A stretch of 64,000 bases of DNA from Callorhinchus milii (lineage: Eukaryota), in the NCBI RefSeq assembly GCF_018977255.1, contig NW_024704743.1, forward strand, positions 82,586,001 through 82,650,000, read 5' to 3'. Below, piece after piece: positions 1 to 13,100 of this stretch; positions within the stretch are counted from its first letter, which is position 1, and each line of letters begins with the position of its first letter. The notes under the pieces were generated by a model, which saw only the letters and a list, made by a program, of their open reading frames with translations, ran no database searches and was not told where the DNA came from. Both the position numbers and the translations under genes were made by a program.

Positions 1-61
1 TTGACCTCTAAGTTACAAGGTTGTAGGTTCAGGTCCCAAACTATAATCTAGGCTGATTATA

Positions 62-629
62 ATCCACTGGCTCCCCATCCCCCAGAGGATTGATTTCAAG
101 ATCCTCATCCTCACCTACAAGGCCATTCACGGCCTTGCTCCCTCCTACCTCTCCAACCTACTATCCCCCTACCTACCTGCCCGTACCCTCCGTTCCTCTG
201 GCTCCGGTCTGCTCCACGTCCCCCGCCCCAACCGCCCTACTATCGGTGGTCGGGCCTTCAGCCTCTCAGCCCGAGGCTCTGGAACTCCATCCCCCAGTGC
301 CTTCGCCTTGCTTCCTCCTTTCCTCCTTCAAGGCCGGTCTCAAAACCTTTCTCTTTGACCGTGCCTTCAGCTCCCCTCTCGACTCTCTTCCTCCTCCTCG
401 CTCCCTCCCTTCCCTCCCCTCACCCTGACCATTTCCCCCTCCTCTCTCCCTCCCTTCCCTCCCCTCACCCTGACCATTTCCCCCTCCTCGCTCCCTCCCT
501 TCCCTCCCCTCACCCTGACCATTTCCCCCCTGCTCGGGTCATGACCCAACTGTGCAGCGCCTTGGGACGTCCTCCTGACGTGAAAGGCGCTCTATAAATG
601 GAATCTTGTTGTTGTTGTTGTTGTTGTTG
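62..629 (+). mobile_element. 5'-truncated young L2, nested in an older Deu-type SINE
   Basis: HWLP..FKIL..LWN region plus 3' tail ggcgctctataaatggaatct(tgt)n. SINE sequence (ataatctaggctga / tacttctgtgcagtgctgag) resumes on both sides. Confidence 0.88.
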
Positions 630-1700
630 ATACTTCTGTGCAGTGCTGAGCGAGCTCTACGTTGTCTTTAATTTCAATGGACATTAAAGATCATACAGAT
701 CGTAAAGATTAAAGATCCTACGACACTATGAAAAGAAAGTTGATCATGGTGTGCTGACCAGCAATCCTTCAGATTAATTGGTCCTTCGCCATTGCAGCTG
801 TTTGAGGGGCTTTGCTGGTGTAAACATCTATAAAATAGTCATTACACCGGGCAGCAATTAGTTGTGAAACACTCTGAGATCATCCAGCATGATAAGGTGC
901 CATAAAAACATAAATTATTTTGTTTCAAATGTAACAGCTTGGCAGCGTGATCTTATAGAGGGACAATCACACCACTCTGGAATGAGTTAAAACTCCCATT
1001 TAGGCAAGTTACAATCTTGGACAGCAAGTGACTGAAACCCATCCTTCCTGCCTGAAAACAACAAGGCTACAGCAGGCATTCAAACTCACGAGATAAGTGC
1101 AGTCTCTTAAAGAGATTTGAACTACTTATAAGTAATGCAAGGGCCTTACATTTTTCATGTGACCTAGTTCTGAATGGCAATGTAGATCCATCCTCTCTTT
1201 TATACAGACCATTTACTAGGAGGCGAGGAAAATTTGAATTTCACATGAGATAATTCCTTGATTAAAAAACATCCAGAAATGCTAATAACTATTTTTAGGT
1301 ATAAAAAATGGCCAGCAAGTTAATAATACATACATTTATTTGACATTATTTGACATTCATGTCTCAAAGAGCTTCATAGAATTAAATAATAATGCTTGCA
1401 TTTGATATACTGCCTTATCACATGATTGAGACATTTCAAAGCACTTCACAGACTATACTGCAAATTGGACTGACTTTTTATTTTGTGGGCGAAACACGGC
1501 AGCCCGTTACATACAGCAATGTCCCACAAACAGCCATATTTTGGGGGGATTGTTGGCCAGGACACTGGGATAAACCCTCTTCTCTTTTCAAGTAGTGCCA
1601 TGGAATCTTTATCACCCACCTGAACAGGCAGATTGCACCTCAGTTTAACATTGTGAAGTGTAGTACTGTCATAGTGGAGAACTTAAGAAATAAAACTCAC

Positions 1701-1813
1701 ATTGAATCTTTGTGTTGATGTTCATAAGATCCTTCTTTCGCTTCTTTGCTGTCACTTCGTAGCTGACGTTTTTCAGAAGGTTCTCCTTATTGTATTCCTC
1801 TTCATCACAAAAA
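1701..1813 (-). CDS. FBXO32: FBXO32 coding exon 2 (later exons lie left of the window)
   Basis: Acceptor ttattacag|, 113 nt, donor |gtgagt. Reads (S)FCDEEEYNKENLLKNVSYEVTAKKRKKDLMNINTKIQ, matching the YNKENL...AKKRKKD NLS region. Phase joins exon 1 correctly. Confidence 0.95.
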
Positions 1814-2492
1814 CTGTAATAAAGCGCAAACACAAATAACATGCATTACAGTACAGGAGCTCTCTGGCGCCACACTGATCACAATGAAGAGGAATTAATG
1901 TATCCTCCAATCACAGCATGGAAATGGAAACCATTTGGCCTCTTCCAGTTCTAGTGTCTTCTAAAAGAACATCACCTAAACAATCAGTCCAGTGAGATGC
2001 CATTCATTGTGTGATTCAAACAGAGATTTGATCAGGTAGGACTCCCTTAGACGTGCAATATTGAGATTAACACCACCTCATCCAAACAGTTCTCCCACTA
2101 CTTCACAGGGTTTGTTTTTTTGTGAATGCTTGCAGACGACAACTGGTTTAAACACTATACCTGTGTTCTCTGGGGCCTGTTCTGGTATAAACAGTTTGCT
2201 TTGTGATTTATACTTTTAACAAGGTGGAATTTCCCTCTTTCTCCCTACACCCATTACCCTCATCCATGGAAGGCTCTACGAGTTCCCAGTACCCCAGTTG
2301 GTTGACGAAGATCCTTGCCCTGACCTGCAAATCCCATCACAGTCTCGTCCTTCTCTTTCTCTATGCCATCTCCTCCAGCCCAATTCTCCTCATTTCTTCC
2401 AGTTCTCATCTACTGCTTGTTCCTCACTCTCCATATTACTATCAGTGGCTGAGCTTTCTCTCATTGCTTCAAAACCGTCTTAGAAAAAGGAT

Positions 2493-2689
2493 GGGGAGAA
2501 ATTTTACTGGGGTCTAGATTTACTCTATGTAGCATGTTAGACAAATTCTGCCTGAATTCTGAAGCAGATCATCTATAAGTTCTTTTAAGACTTCAAAGTT
2601 AAGACTGAATTCTACAATTTGTCAAATTTTTTGATGTGCTGAAATGCTATATGAATATGGTAAATCTAGACCCAGGTGGAATTTCAACT
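2493..2689. mobile_element. MITE with long imperfect TIRs
   Basis: gaaattttactggggtctagatttac versus gtaaatctagacccaggtggaatttc. Second copy at 40559-40848 and a solo end near 59455-59485. Confidence 0.75.
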
Positions 2690-2838
2690 GGTATCTCTTT
2701 TAGACTAATATAATTTGTTGTTGTAGACTATGTCTTAGTCAGCACACTTAAATTGTCATCTCTGTGTAGCACTTTAAGAAGTTCATGCTAGGTTAAAGGC
2801 ACTGCAGTATATATGTGCAAGCTGTTGTTATACAACTA

Positions 2839-2992
2839 AGGGGGTCATTCTGCTCCACTTGCCAACTGTATTGAATTTGTTGATGTATGTTATGGACGTT
2901 TATAAATACATTTTTATAATTTTAAATTTCATTACAGATATAAGTGCACAATGATAAATCTGCTAAATGGAGCAAATGGAGCAGAATAGGTC
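2839..2992. mobile_element. Small MITE-like inverted repeat
   Basis: attctgctccacttg versus caaatggagcagaat. Confidence 0.55.
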
Positions 2993-5699
2993 AGTGATAT
3001 CAACAAATTCACTACATTTGGCATGTTCAAAGTAATTATAATTGTCTCTTAATAAAAGGATATGCTTTTTATACATACTGGTTAAGCACTTCCTAGCATT
3101 AGAAATCCATGTTACTACACCAAACTGGATCATCTAATAAAAGGAAACAAACTGTTCGCAAACTTTAAAGCAAAGTGAGTTGAAAGGAGAAGAGGAATGA
3201 GAAACCAGAAGGGATGCCCCAAACCTCTGAAACTCTCTGCCTTAACTCATCTGCCTTCACCCTCTTTGGCCATCTTCAGATCGTATCTGAAAACTTGTTC
3301 TAGAGTCATGTCCTGTTCTCCCTGACTTGGGATCAGTTTTATGCCATTATAATAATAATCGTTGAAATTTGATATAGGGTCTTATCCTATATCATAGAGA
3401 TATCTCAAAGCGCTTCACAGAATATGCTGTAAAGTGAACTGATTGTATATTTTGTGGGCGAAATCCTGCAGCCAATTGCGCACAGCAGTTTCCCACAAAC
3501 AGTCGTGATTGGTTTTTTTGGAAGGATTATTATTACATTGTTTAGCATTCAGAGACACAACCCCGTGTGAAGGGTGGTATATAAATGCAAGTTGTTGTTC
3601 TTGATGTTTGAAAGCACAAGAACACAAAGATAAAGCAGAACTAGCGTCAAATCCCCCCAAAATTGTTATTCCAATTGCAATGCTCTTCTCTCTAATAAGT
3701 TTCAAGGCGATCATGGCGCAGTTTAATCATTTAATTTTTTTTCAAAAGTTAATATTTGACTGGATTAGCGCAAGACGTAATAGATTCCACCTAAAGCATG
3801 TTCAAAATGCAAGTTATTGATTGTTCTGTAAGACTGGCTCAGAATATACCCATGTCTGGGGAATGACCACACTTGCAGATTGGAAAAATGACCAGCTTTT
3901 AACCTGAGCTCCAGCTTCGCAGCAGGAGGGAGCCAGCTGACAACTTGAGAAGCAAAGAGCACACCCGCAGGACAGCAGGTTCTCCTGGCTGCTGCCAAAT
4001 CTTTCCATCTGATTTTTTTTATCTGGAGGAGGCCAACGGAGTAAGTTGAAGGCTCCTAGAAAAAACATTTCAAAGATGTTTCACTGTAGCCTGACTCCCT
4101 GGCAGCCTGCCATGTTGATAATCGCCGCAAGTCCTGGCTTATAGCAAACCTATTCGCAACGGATGAGTGTGGGGGAAGGGGAGTAGGGAAGATAAACTGA
4201 AAGAAAGAAGCCACCACTTTCATCCAGCTGTTCAATGGTAAATTAATACTAGAGTTCCCTCTCTGGTCAGCCTGAACTGCATCATGTTGTCACATGCCTG
4301 CCTGCATTTCAGTACAGCTTAAACAGAGGACGTGACTGCCAATTGTGAAGCACAGTACAAAACATGAAGCGCAGAAAGAACTTCCATTATTTTGATGCGT
4401 CACATGTTGAAACTTTTCAAAGCACTTCTCAGTCATTATTGTTTAAGAGGTAAATAACCAATCTAAGGGATTGTTGGCCAGGACACCACAGGAAATTTCC
4501 CTCTCTTTTCAAATAGTGCCATGGGATCTTTAACATTCGCCGGAAGAATAGGCAGACAGGATCTTGATTTTAACATTATATCTGAAGGACTCCACCACCA
4601 ATGCAATGCTACCCATCCCCCATCCCAGCACTTCTCTAGAGTCAGCCTTAACTAATCAAGTTCTAAAGTGGAACGTTAATATATATCCTCTGATCCAGAA
4701 GTGAGAGCGCAACCAACTAAACATGTTGACATCTAAACTGGGGAGGATATTACCAACAAAACTGAACTAGGCTAGGGCCAGAAAGACATATACATGTTGG
4801 TGGTGGTGCAGTCCTTCAGATATAATCTTAAAGCCAAGGTCCTGTCTGCCTGTTCTTCTGGCGAATGTTAAAGATACCATACCTGCTGTATGCATTTACC
4901 AAGCTTGATTTAATTTTCATTGTTGGCCTCATTGCTCAAACTATCTGCAGGGCCCACAAAACATTTAAAATCATAGGCACCTGGAATAAAACCGTGCCAA
5001 GACAAATTCTTCCCCCCACCCCACCACCAACATATACCAGCCAAATATGTAAAACTCTCATTGTTCAGATGTCAACTTATCCTGTATCTAGTATTGCTTT
5101 TCAGCATGCAAATCTTGTATAATAACAAACTCCAGTTTAAGTTTATACAACTAATATTGAAAAAGCATGTAAATAATGTGATATGTGACAAGTGGAATAC
5201 AATTCAAGCACTATGAACATCCAGCGTTTAGCTTTGGAATATCTGAAATATACAATATAGAGTTGTGATGGACTGAATGTTTTAGTTTGCAATACAGTCC
5301 ATCAAACAGTGAGCAAGTGGATATGGGGGAAAGGGAAAGCCTCCCATTGGGGGGATTATTGACTGTTTTTGATCAATGTGATTATTAACACTGGTGATAT
5401 TGTTGGTATTTGGTACCCCTCACCCTCCATGATGCTTTTTAAAACACTGAGCACTGAGGGAAGCCAATCAATCGACTGCTGCTGAGTGAATTAATTCCTT
5501 GAAGGCAGACAGAACTTCATGTTTCGGCTAACTACACACATAATACATTTAGTTAGTTTGTTTAGTTACTCACCTTAAATCTCAGAGAAAGTCTATAGTT
5601 TAACACAAAAAAAGTGGAAATGAAACTTTGCAGCAAGTTGCATTTCCTCACTATTGTGGTGCAGCTACCCAGGCAGTTGCATTTACTAGCTGCATAGAA

Positions 5700-5955
5700 G
5701 TCCAGACAGGGCGAAACCTTGGACAAGTTTCCTTACTCCACATGCCTAATAATAATCCCTCCAAAAAAACAAAACAATAATAAATTGGTAATTTTCAATC
5801 CATATGACTGTTTGTGGGACATTGCTGTGCGCAATTGGCTGCCGCGTTCACCCACAAATATACAGTCAATTCACTTTACAGTGTGTTCTGTGAAGCGCTT
5901 TGGGACGTCCTCCCGACGTGAAAAGCGCTATATCAAATGCAAGGATTATTATTAT
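5700..5955 (+). mobile_element. Deu-domain SINE, 5'-truncated
   Basis: Same sequence as about 58135-58396. Confidence 0.88.
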
Positions 5956-6899
5956 AAGTATCAGAGGTTTGTCTATGCAGCTAGTTTGCTTGTAGAATCC
6001 TGTGTGTTTAAAATTTACACTTATATAATGCCTTTCATGTCAGCATGGGATGATCTAAAAGCTAAAGCTAAACCTGCAACAAAATATGATTTATGTAATG
6101 CTTTTTATGTTGGGAGAACATATCAAAGTGCTTTACATAACAGGCTGGGCACCCAAGTGGGCATGTGGGGGTGGTGGGTGGTTGTTGGTGAACTGAAGAG
6201 GATGGGGTGGGAGGGAGAAAAGGTGACCAAATGTGCATTCAAAGAGGTAAGAATATCTTCAGAATAAAACCTTGGTTTAAGTGCTGTGTGACAGGAGCGA
6301 AGAAGACTTGCTCATTAAGTTGTGTCTTACAGTACAAAACAAAACACTCAATCAAGTGATTTCATGGAACAGCTATTGAACAAGTAAAAACAAATATCTT
6401 ATTTAGTATTAATTTTGAATTAAAGCCTCACTGTGTTACTGGAAATTTATAGTGTGCTTTGGCACCGTTACTGAAAAAATGTTTTGCCTTTAAAATCTGG
6501 GGATTATTATGAGCAAACGCTATTACCCTATCAGAGTAAAATCACAGAAATTACAGCACAGAAAAAGGTAATTTAGTTAATTGAGCCTAGGCTAGCGCTA
6601 ACTCCATACACTCCAATCCCTCTTCTTCAGTCATGTATTAGTCATGTTTAGCCATGTTTTACTAATCTAGCATGGGCCTCTCTTTTATCTGGGAGGAAAG
6701 ATAAACAATCTCCATGCTATTTAGCTGGCTCCAAGGTGCCAGAATGTTGAGATAATCTTCTGCGGTGGTCTCGGTGGTTCCCGAGTCAGATGGGTCTGCA
6801 GTACTTCAGAGCACTGCCGATGACATCTAAGCCGTCTGATTAGCAGGACTTGGAAGGGCAGACCGGCTATTGGTGGCAGGGATCACATCAGGAGGACAT

Positions 6900-7170
6900 C
6901 CCATTCGCACCCTCATCCCAATAGTTATTACCGAGGTACGAGGCCCGACAGTGATCTGTGTGCCTGAGCCTGTCCTTACCTGATCGCTACAATCACATAC
7001 ACTCTTAAATCTTCTGCCACGGGTCTCAAAACAGTGATAGGAGCAGGAACCCTGACTGATTTACCCTTCTCTAAATCCAGGACCATCTCCCAAATGTTGC
7101 CTTGGCTGAGATCATCAATTCAGCACAGATCAGAATCTGAACTTGTGTCCTTTGTGTCTGATGGCCTAGT
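6900..7170 (-). mobile_element. Old tRNA-derived SINE of a second family
   Basis: gctgagatca..cagcacaga and ggagcaggaaccctg motifs are shared with about 19620-19820 (+), 30075-30300 (-) and 62505-62750 (-). Confidence 0.55.
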
Positions 7171-9728
7171 AATAATATAATAATCTTTACATTTGATATA
7201 GCACCTTATCATGTCATTGAGATGTCTCAAAGTGCTTCACAGGATATACTGTAAAGTGGATTGACTGTGTATTTTGTGGGTGAAACATCTACATGACTCG
7301 AGCATCTTTATCTATTTGGCCATCATGATTTTAAAAAAGCCCAAAATGATTTACATTTCAAATGCAACTCATGATAACAGTTGGTAAACTGAATTGAGCC
7401 AATTGAAATATCATCGCTTTCCACAATGACTCGCTCAGTAAAACCTGTCTAGTGGAGGTCTTGAGCAACACAACAAATTGAGAGCACAAAAATATAAAAA
7501 CAAGAGTAGCCAATTCACCCTGTCTAGCCTGCTCTATCATTTTGTTACTTTGATTTATTTTAGGTCAGCCGGGTGTCTAACACATGTGAAAGCCATCACT
7601 ATGCTTAAGAGTATCCAAAACCAGACAGAGTTCCATACATCCCACCAATACTTGGAAATTCCCATGTCGTGGTTGATCTGCAACTTAATACAAATTTCCC
7701 TGTGCTTTCACCATCTCCCAGGATATCCCTGATTTCATGCATTTATGCAACACCTTTTACAGAATTAGATAATATTTCATATAACCCCTGAACATTAAAC
7801 AGTCTCAAAGCACTTCACATGTAAAAGCTGTTGAGTATAGTGACTTGGTACTTGTAGGGTTAGCTGATCTCAGCTGGGCATGTCTCATTGTCAGAGCAAA
7901 GCAACCACTAACCAACCAGGAAACTGCTACTGGCAATGTGTTTGGTATGTTAGCATAACATTTGAACGTGAATTTATCATTGCATGGCTGCAGGCAGATC
8001 CTGAGTAGAATGCTTGAAACACATTTACAGAAACAATATTTTTCTGAATTCCCTGGGATATCACGTCAGACATCCAGAGGAAGGGTCAATTGGATCTATC
8101 AGGCTACTTGAACCCCAGCTTGGGTGCCCATGCAGTACTCTGAAGTGATTTGAGATGACCTTCTTTTGTTATATAAATGTAAATTGTATTGTAAAATTCT
8201 ATTATATCTAACTCCTGTTGTTTAAGTCCTGTGCTGGGAGCACTCATAGTGCATTCATAAAGCCTCCTTGGAGAAGGGCAAACTGCCTTCATGTTAGAAG
8301 CTTGCTGCTTTGAGTAAAGAAACAGTATATTGGAACGGTTTGTGCCCTACCCTCTGCCATCAAATATTAACATCTATTTTTGGAGAACAGCAACTTTAAC
8401 AGAACAACTCTTCAGACCTCAATGTACTTGTGGTTTTATCAACCACCTCCCCAACCCCCCACACAGGGAGTCACTTCACAAGGCCTCCTCCTCCTCCACA
8501 AACTCAAAGACACCAGGGTCGCTTAATTCCACATCTTTGCAATCACATGAAAGATATTGTTCTCTTTGATAAGTTTACTTCCTGCCAACAATGTGGCTCC
8601 ACCTCCACAACTCATAACATGCCTGCCTCTGTGTGGAACTGAGTCAGAATGGCTTTCTCGAGACAGGAAGAGGACATAAACAAAAGTCTTCATGATAAGT
8701 CAATATAAGTCCGGTTTCCAATGGCCTCTTATTCACAGGCAGCATCACAGAAACTTGTTTCTTGATGTTGGACAGTGCAGCATATATAACATACCTCACA
8801 TTACATTTCCTCTTATCTTGTTTATCTAATAGCTCAGAAAGGAAGGAGGTTATAACATGTCAATATGTGATTAGTAGTGATTCAAAATATTTTTTTTAAA
8901 ACCATCAGGTCAAGCTTGTAAAATTATCTGAATATTAACATTTAAGGCAACAAAAACCTTTTCTGAAGTGTTGGGATGTGAGCTTTAATCCACCAGACAG
9001 ACATCTGCAGATTAACTGTGTACAGATAATGCTACAAATGGGATCTGCTTTGCCTCATGCAGCTGTTCAACAAAAACAATTCACCTCAAACTAGGGCTAT
9101 ATATATATATATACACATGGTACTGTACATATATATACTATATGTAATGAGTCCCATTTCCAGTGGCCTTTTATTCCCAGACCACAACCTATAAAATGCA
9201 CAGAAATACACAACTAGCCTTTCCTGTTATAGCAATTTCTCATTCCCTTTCCCCCTGACAGCAACAAGACAAGAACAAGCAACAACTGCAGGATTAGATG
9301 AAACCTGGGCGCAACAATATTTTCACATAACATTAACTTTTTGAACCTGTGCCACAATAACTGGAACAGAACAGTTCCCTCTATAAACAGAAACGCTGGT
9401 TCTGTTATTGGCTCTGTTTATTTTCAGATCCAATTACAGTTTCACTGCAGCCTTTGTGTCTATAGGATAACACCGTCCTGGTATCTTATAGACGCAAAGC
9501 GCTCTTGAGACGCCGTCCGGCAGTGGAGGGCGCTATATAAATCCAAGTTGTTGTTGTTGTCGTCACTTTCTCCTTGCTGGAGGTGCAATAAGGATGGGTA
9601 TCCTTTCGGTTCCATTGCCTCTCAATCTCTGGCCTCAAACCCACAGGAATTTAGCTCTTTCCCAGGCAACAGGTACTCTCCCTTCTCTGGCGTGTTCCCT
9701 CATCATCCTAACCTGCCCTTCCTCCTGC

Positions 9729-10258
9729 TCTCTCTCTCTCTCTGTCTCTCTCTCTCTTTCTCTGGCTCTGTCTCTCTCTCTCTTTCTCTGTCTCTCTCTC
9801 TCTTTCTCTGTCTCTCTCTCTCTTTCTCTGTCTCTCTCTGTCTGTCTTCTCTCTGTCTCTCTCTCCTGTCTCTCTCTGTCTGTCTCTCTTCTGTCTGTCT
9901 CTCTCTTGTCTGTCTCTCTCTCTCTCTGTTCTCTGTCTCTCTCTTCTCTCTCTTCTGTCTGTCTTCTCTCTCTGTCTGTCTGTCTCTCTCTTCTGTTCGT
10001 CTGTCTCTCTCTCTTCTCTGTCTGTCTCTCTCTCTGTCTGTCTCTCTCTCTCTCTCTTTCTCTGTCTCTCTCTCTCTCTCTGTCTGTCTCTCTCTCTGTC
10101 TGTCTCTCTCTCTCTCTGTCTCTCTCTCTCTGTGCTCTCTCTCTCTCTCTGTGTCTCTCTCTCTCTCTTCTCTCTTCTGGCTCTCTCTCTCTCTGTGGCT
10201 CTCTCTCCTCTCTCTGTGGCTCTCTCTCTCTCTCTGTGCTCTCTCTCTCTCTCTCTGT

Positions 10259-10297
<39 letters not shown>

Positions 10298-10754
10298 CTC
10301 TCTCTCTCTCTGTCTCTTCTCTCTCTCTCTCTGTGCTCTCTCTCTCTCTCTGTGGGGTGCTCTCTCTCTCTCTCTGTGCTCTCTCTCTCTCTCTCTGTGG
10401 CTCTCTCTCTCTCTCTCTGTGGCTCTCTCTCTCTCTCTCTCTGTGCTCCTTCTCTCCTCTCTCCTCTCTGTGGCTCTCTCTCTCTCTCTCTCTGTGGCCT
10501 CTCTCTCTCTCTCTCTGTGGCTCTCTCCGTCTCTCTCTCTCTCTCTCTCTCTCTGTGGCTCTCTCTCTCTCTCTCTGTGGCTCTCTCTCTCTCTCTCTCT
10601 GTGGCTCTCTCCTCTCTCTGTGGCTCCTCTCTCTCTCTCTGTGGCTCTCTCTCTCTGTGGCTCTCTCTCTCTCTGTGGCTCTCTCTCTCTCTCTCTGTGG
10701 CTCTCTCTCTGTGACTCTCTCTCTCTCTCTCTGGCTCTCTCTCTCTCTCTCTCT
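9729..10754. repeat. About 1-kb (CT)n-rich polypyrimidine tract in FBXO32 intron 1
   Basis: (CT)n interrupted by GT/GTGG units. Confidence 0.97.
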
Positions 10755-11009
10755 TTATTCCCATGCAACTCCCAGGTCTTGCTTTTAATCTGATCACAGG
10801 GACTTGAGTAAGTGAAACACATCTACGACCCATCTGAGCCCACACACAAAAGGAAATAAAGAGGGGGGAGAGAGGGGAGAGGGGAATGCAGACCACAATA
10901 TAACACACACACACACACTTTAACACACTTTAACACTTTAACACACTTTAACACTTTAAAGCCCTCGCACAGCCGAGCTGTTGCCTGACTGACTGACTGA
11001 CTGACTGAC

Positions 11010-11122
11010 CTGCTCAGCTGAGCCACGTTGTTATTGGTCTCATCGCTGGACCTTTTCCAACCATCGTCCGTCTTGATCCAGCTCTGCCCGGGGGAGCGCC
11101 AGTCCTGGCCCAGAAAGGGCAT
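11010..11122 (-). CDS. FBXO32: F-box only protein 32 (atrogin-1/MAFbx), coding exon 1
   Basis: Translates [37 protein letters not shown], the FBXO32/FBXO25-type N-terminus. Ends at donor AG|gtcagt in phase 2. Adjacency to KLHL38 and ANXA13 identifies it as FBXO32. Confidence 0.95.
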
Positions 11123-11292
11123 CGTTACACACACTCACACACACTCACACACACTCACACTCACAGGGACCTGGAAAGTCACAGTGTTGTTGTTGGGGAG
11201 AGAGAGAGGTGTGTGTGGGGGGGGGGGGGGGGGAGCGCTGTCTGGCTCGGGATGCTCTGGTTCCCAACTGGGAGGCGGAGTGTCCTCCTCTG

Positions 11293-11470
11293 GCTGCTGG
11301 TGCTGCTGCTGGTGCTGCTGCTGTGCTGCTGGTGTTGTTGCTGTGCTGCTGGTGTTGTTGCTGTTGGTGTTGTTGCTGTGTTGGTGTTGCTGGTGTTGTT
11401 GCTGCTGCTGTTGCTGCTGGTGTTGCTGCTGGTGTTGCTGTGCTGCTGGTGTTGTTGCTGTGCTGCTGGT
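11293..11470. repeat. Interrupted (TGC/TGT/TGG)n triplet repeat upstream of the FBXO32 ATG
   Basis: Directly visible; reads CAG/CAA/CAC-rich on the sense (minus) strand. Confidence 0.95.
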
Positions 11471-11549
11471 CTCTCTCTCTGTCTCTCTCTCTGTCTCTCT
11501 CTCTGACCCCCTGTTGCTGTGGTTGTCAGCCTCTGATCCTCAGTTGCTC

Positions 11550-11760
11550 TGTGTTTGCTGCGCAGAAGCTGCTCTTTCTCCTCTATTTATCCTCGACGCT
11601 GTTGCCTTCTCTTTTGTTGCCGGAAATGATCGGGGAGCGTGTGGTGGTGCCGCCCCTCTCCCCCTCCCCCCCCCTCCCCCCCCCCCCCGGGTGCCTGTCA
11701 TCGACAACCCCGTGCACACTGCTGTTGTGATGGCTCCACGTTACGCAACAACTTGCCCCT
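11550..11760 (-). promoter_or_regulatory. FBXO32: Putative FBXO32 core promoter in a CpG-rich region
   Basis: Minus-strand GGATAAATA at 11584-11592 (non-canonical TATA overlapping a forkhead RTAAAYA site), ETS-like CCGGAAATG at 11620, C-rich GC-box run about 11655-11690, bZIP-like GTTACGCAAC at 11740-11749. CpG density is high from about 11550 to 12150. Confidence 0.55.
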
Positions 11761-12589
11761 CCTCGCGAACTGCGCCATCCCAAATGTGCCAAGGAATGTC
11801 AAGTTCCCCTGGACTGGCGTTTGGACCGCGGCGTATTTCATCACTCGGCGTTAAATTTGACTCTAAATTTAAACCACTTGAAGTCTCTCCCTCAATCCCT
11901 CTGTTCGCGCCCCGTCCTTCCCCGCTTTCAGATCACATCCGAAGTCCTTCCTCTTCGATCGGGCTTACAGTCACCTCCCTCTCCTCCCCACCCCCCCAGC
12001 TCAGCATCGTGCTCCGCCGCTGTTACGCACTCCCGAGACGCGATCCCACACGAAGGGCACTGTATAAATGCAAATGCAAGTTGTTATTGTTGTTGGGTTT
12101 GTTTGCAGCGTTCAATCTAACACGAGCGATCAAGCGATCACGATGAGCCAGGCACTCCACAGGGGAATCAACAGTCCACCCTGGCTTTGGGTGAATGCGG
12201 TGGAATTAATGGCAAGTCCTTGGGTGGGTTATAATTCTGAGTTTGTATTAGAACTGTGTTCCAGGCAGTCAGGTCCAATATCCCAAGTTAATTACAGGGT
12301 GGATGGTTGAGAGTGACTTCAAGTAGTTTTTCTTCAATTAGCGAGAGATGCACGATATTTCATGCTGCTCGTCCGTCCTCCACGACCCTCTGACCATCAA
12401 ATCTGTCTGAAAATAGAAGTTTGCATTTATATGGTGCCCTTCATACAGTGAGTGCCATGTCACCCACAAAATATGCAGCCAATCCACTTTACAGTATATC
12501 CAGTGACGCTTTGAGATGACTCGACGATTTGATTAGGCGCTATATCAAATGCAAGGATTATTATTATATGTCGGATAATCTCTCCTCGC

Positions 12590-13100
12590 CCTTTACAGGG
12601 ATTGAGTTGGACACTGAGCCAGGGAGGGTTTGCGGGAGGGTGACCATAGAGGCAGGACTTGAAAACAGAGAAAGGTGAGATGGAGACGTAGAGGGAGGGA
12701 GGTCCAGAGGTTAAAGAAGTAGAATGTTTCCACATTGTTTTTTTTTCAGCATGGTTGCTGATGTGTAGAGAGGGAGCGGGTAATGTACAGTAGGCCTGAG
12801 TTAGCTGAGTAGAAGGGGTGAGCAGAGCTGTGGGTTAGAAGGAGAATTAGAGAGGTAGGGATATGCTAGGGAGTGAAGAAATTTGTAAATAGGACGAGGA
12901 CCTTCAAGTTGATCCGCAGGGAGACATTGGAGCATGGCGAAGACTGGGGTGATAGGCGTGCAAAATTTGGTGTGGGTGAGCTAGCGTTTCTGTATGATGA
13001 AGTTAGGGAAACCAGTGAGGAGTGCAATTGCAAAGTTCAGAATGGAGGCGAAAAAAGCGTGGATAAAGGTTTCAGCAGCATTTGGTGTCAGATATGTGTG
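12590..13100 (-). mobile_element. Degraded L2 fragment
   Basis: Purine-rich reverse complement of the L2 LQWL/FKVL/KSCL region. Confidence 0.6.

Noticed and set aside
1164..1199. KRGWIYI on the minus strand as possible FBXO32 exon 3
   Set aside because: Only WIY matches the expected EKWIYVHKGSTKE, and an in-frame stop follows.
9548..10926. ORFs of 200-400 aa on both strands (poly-LS, poly-ER)
   Set aside because: Stop-free (CT)n microsatellite; not coding.
11028..12146. 372-aa plus-strand ORF with poly-Cys stretches
   Set aside because: Arises from triplet repeats and a GC-rich promoter antisense to FBXO32 and runs into an L2 tail; no domain signal.
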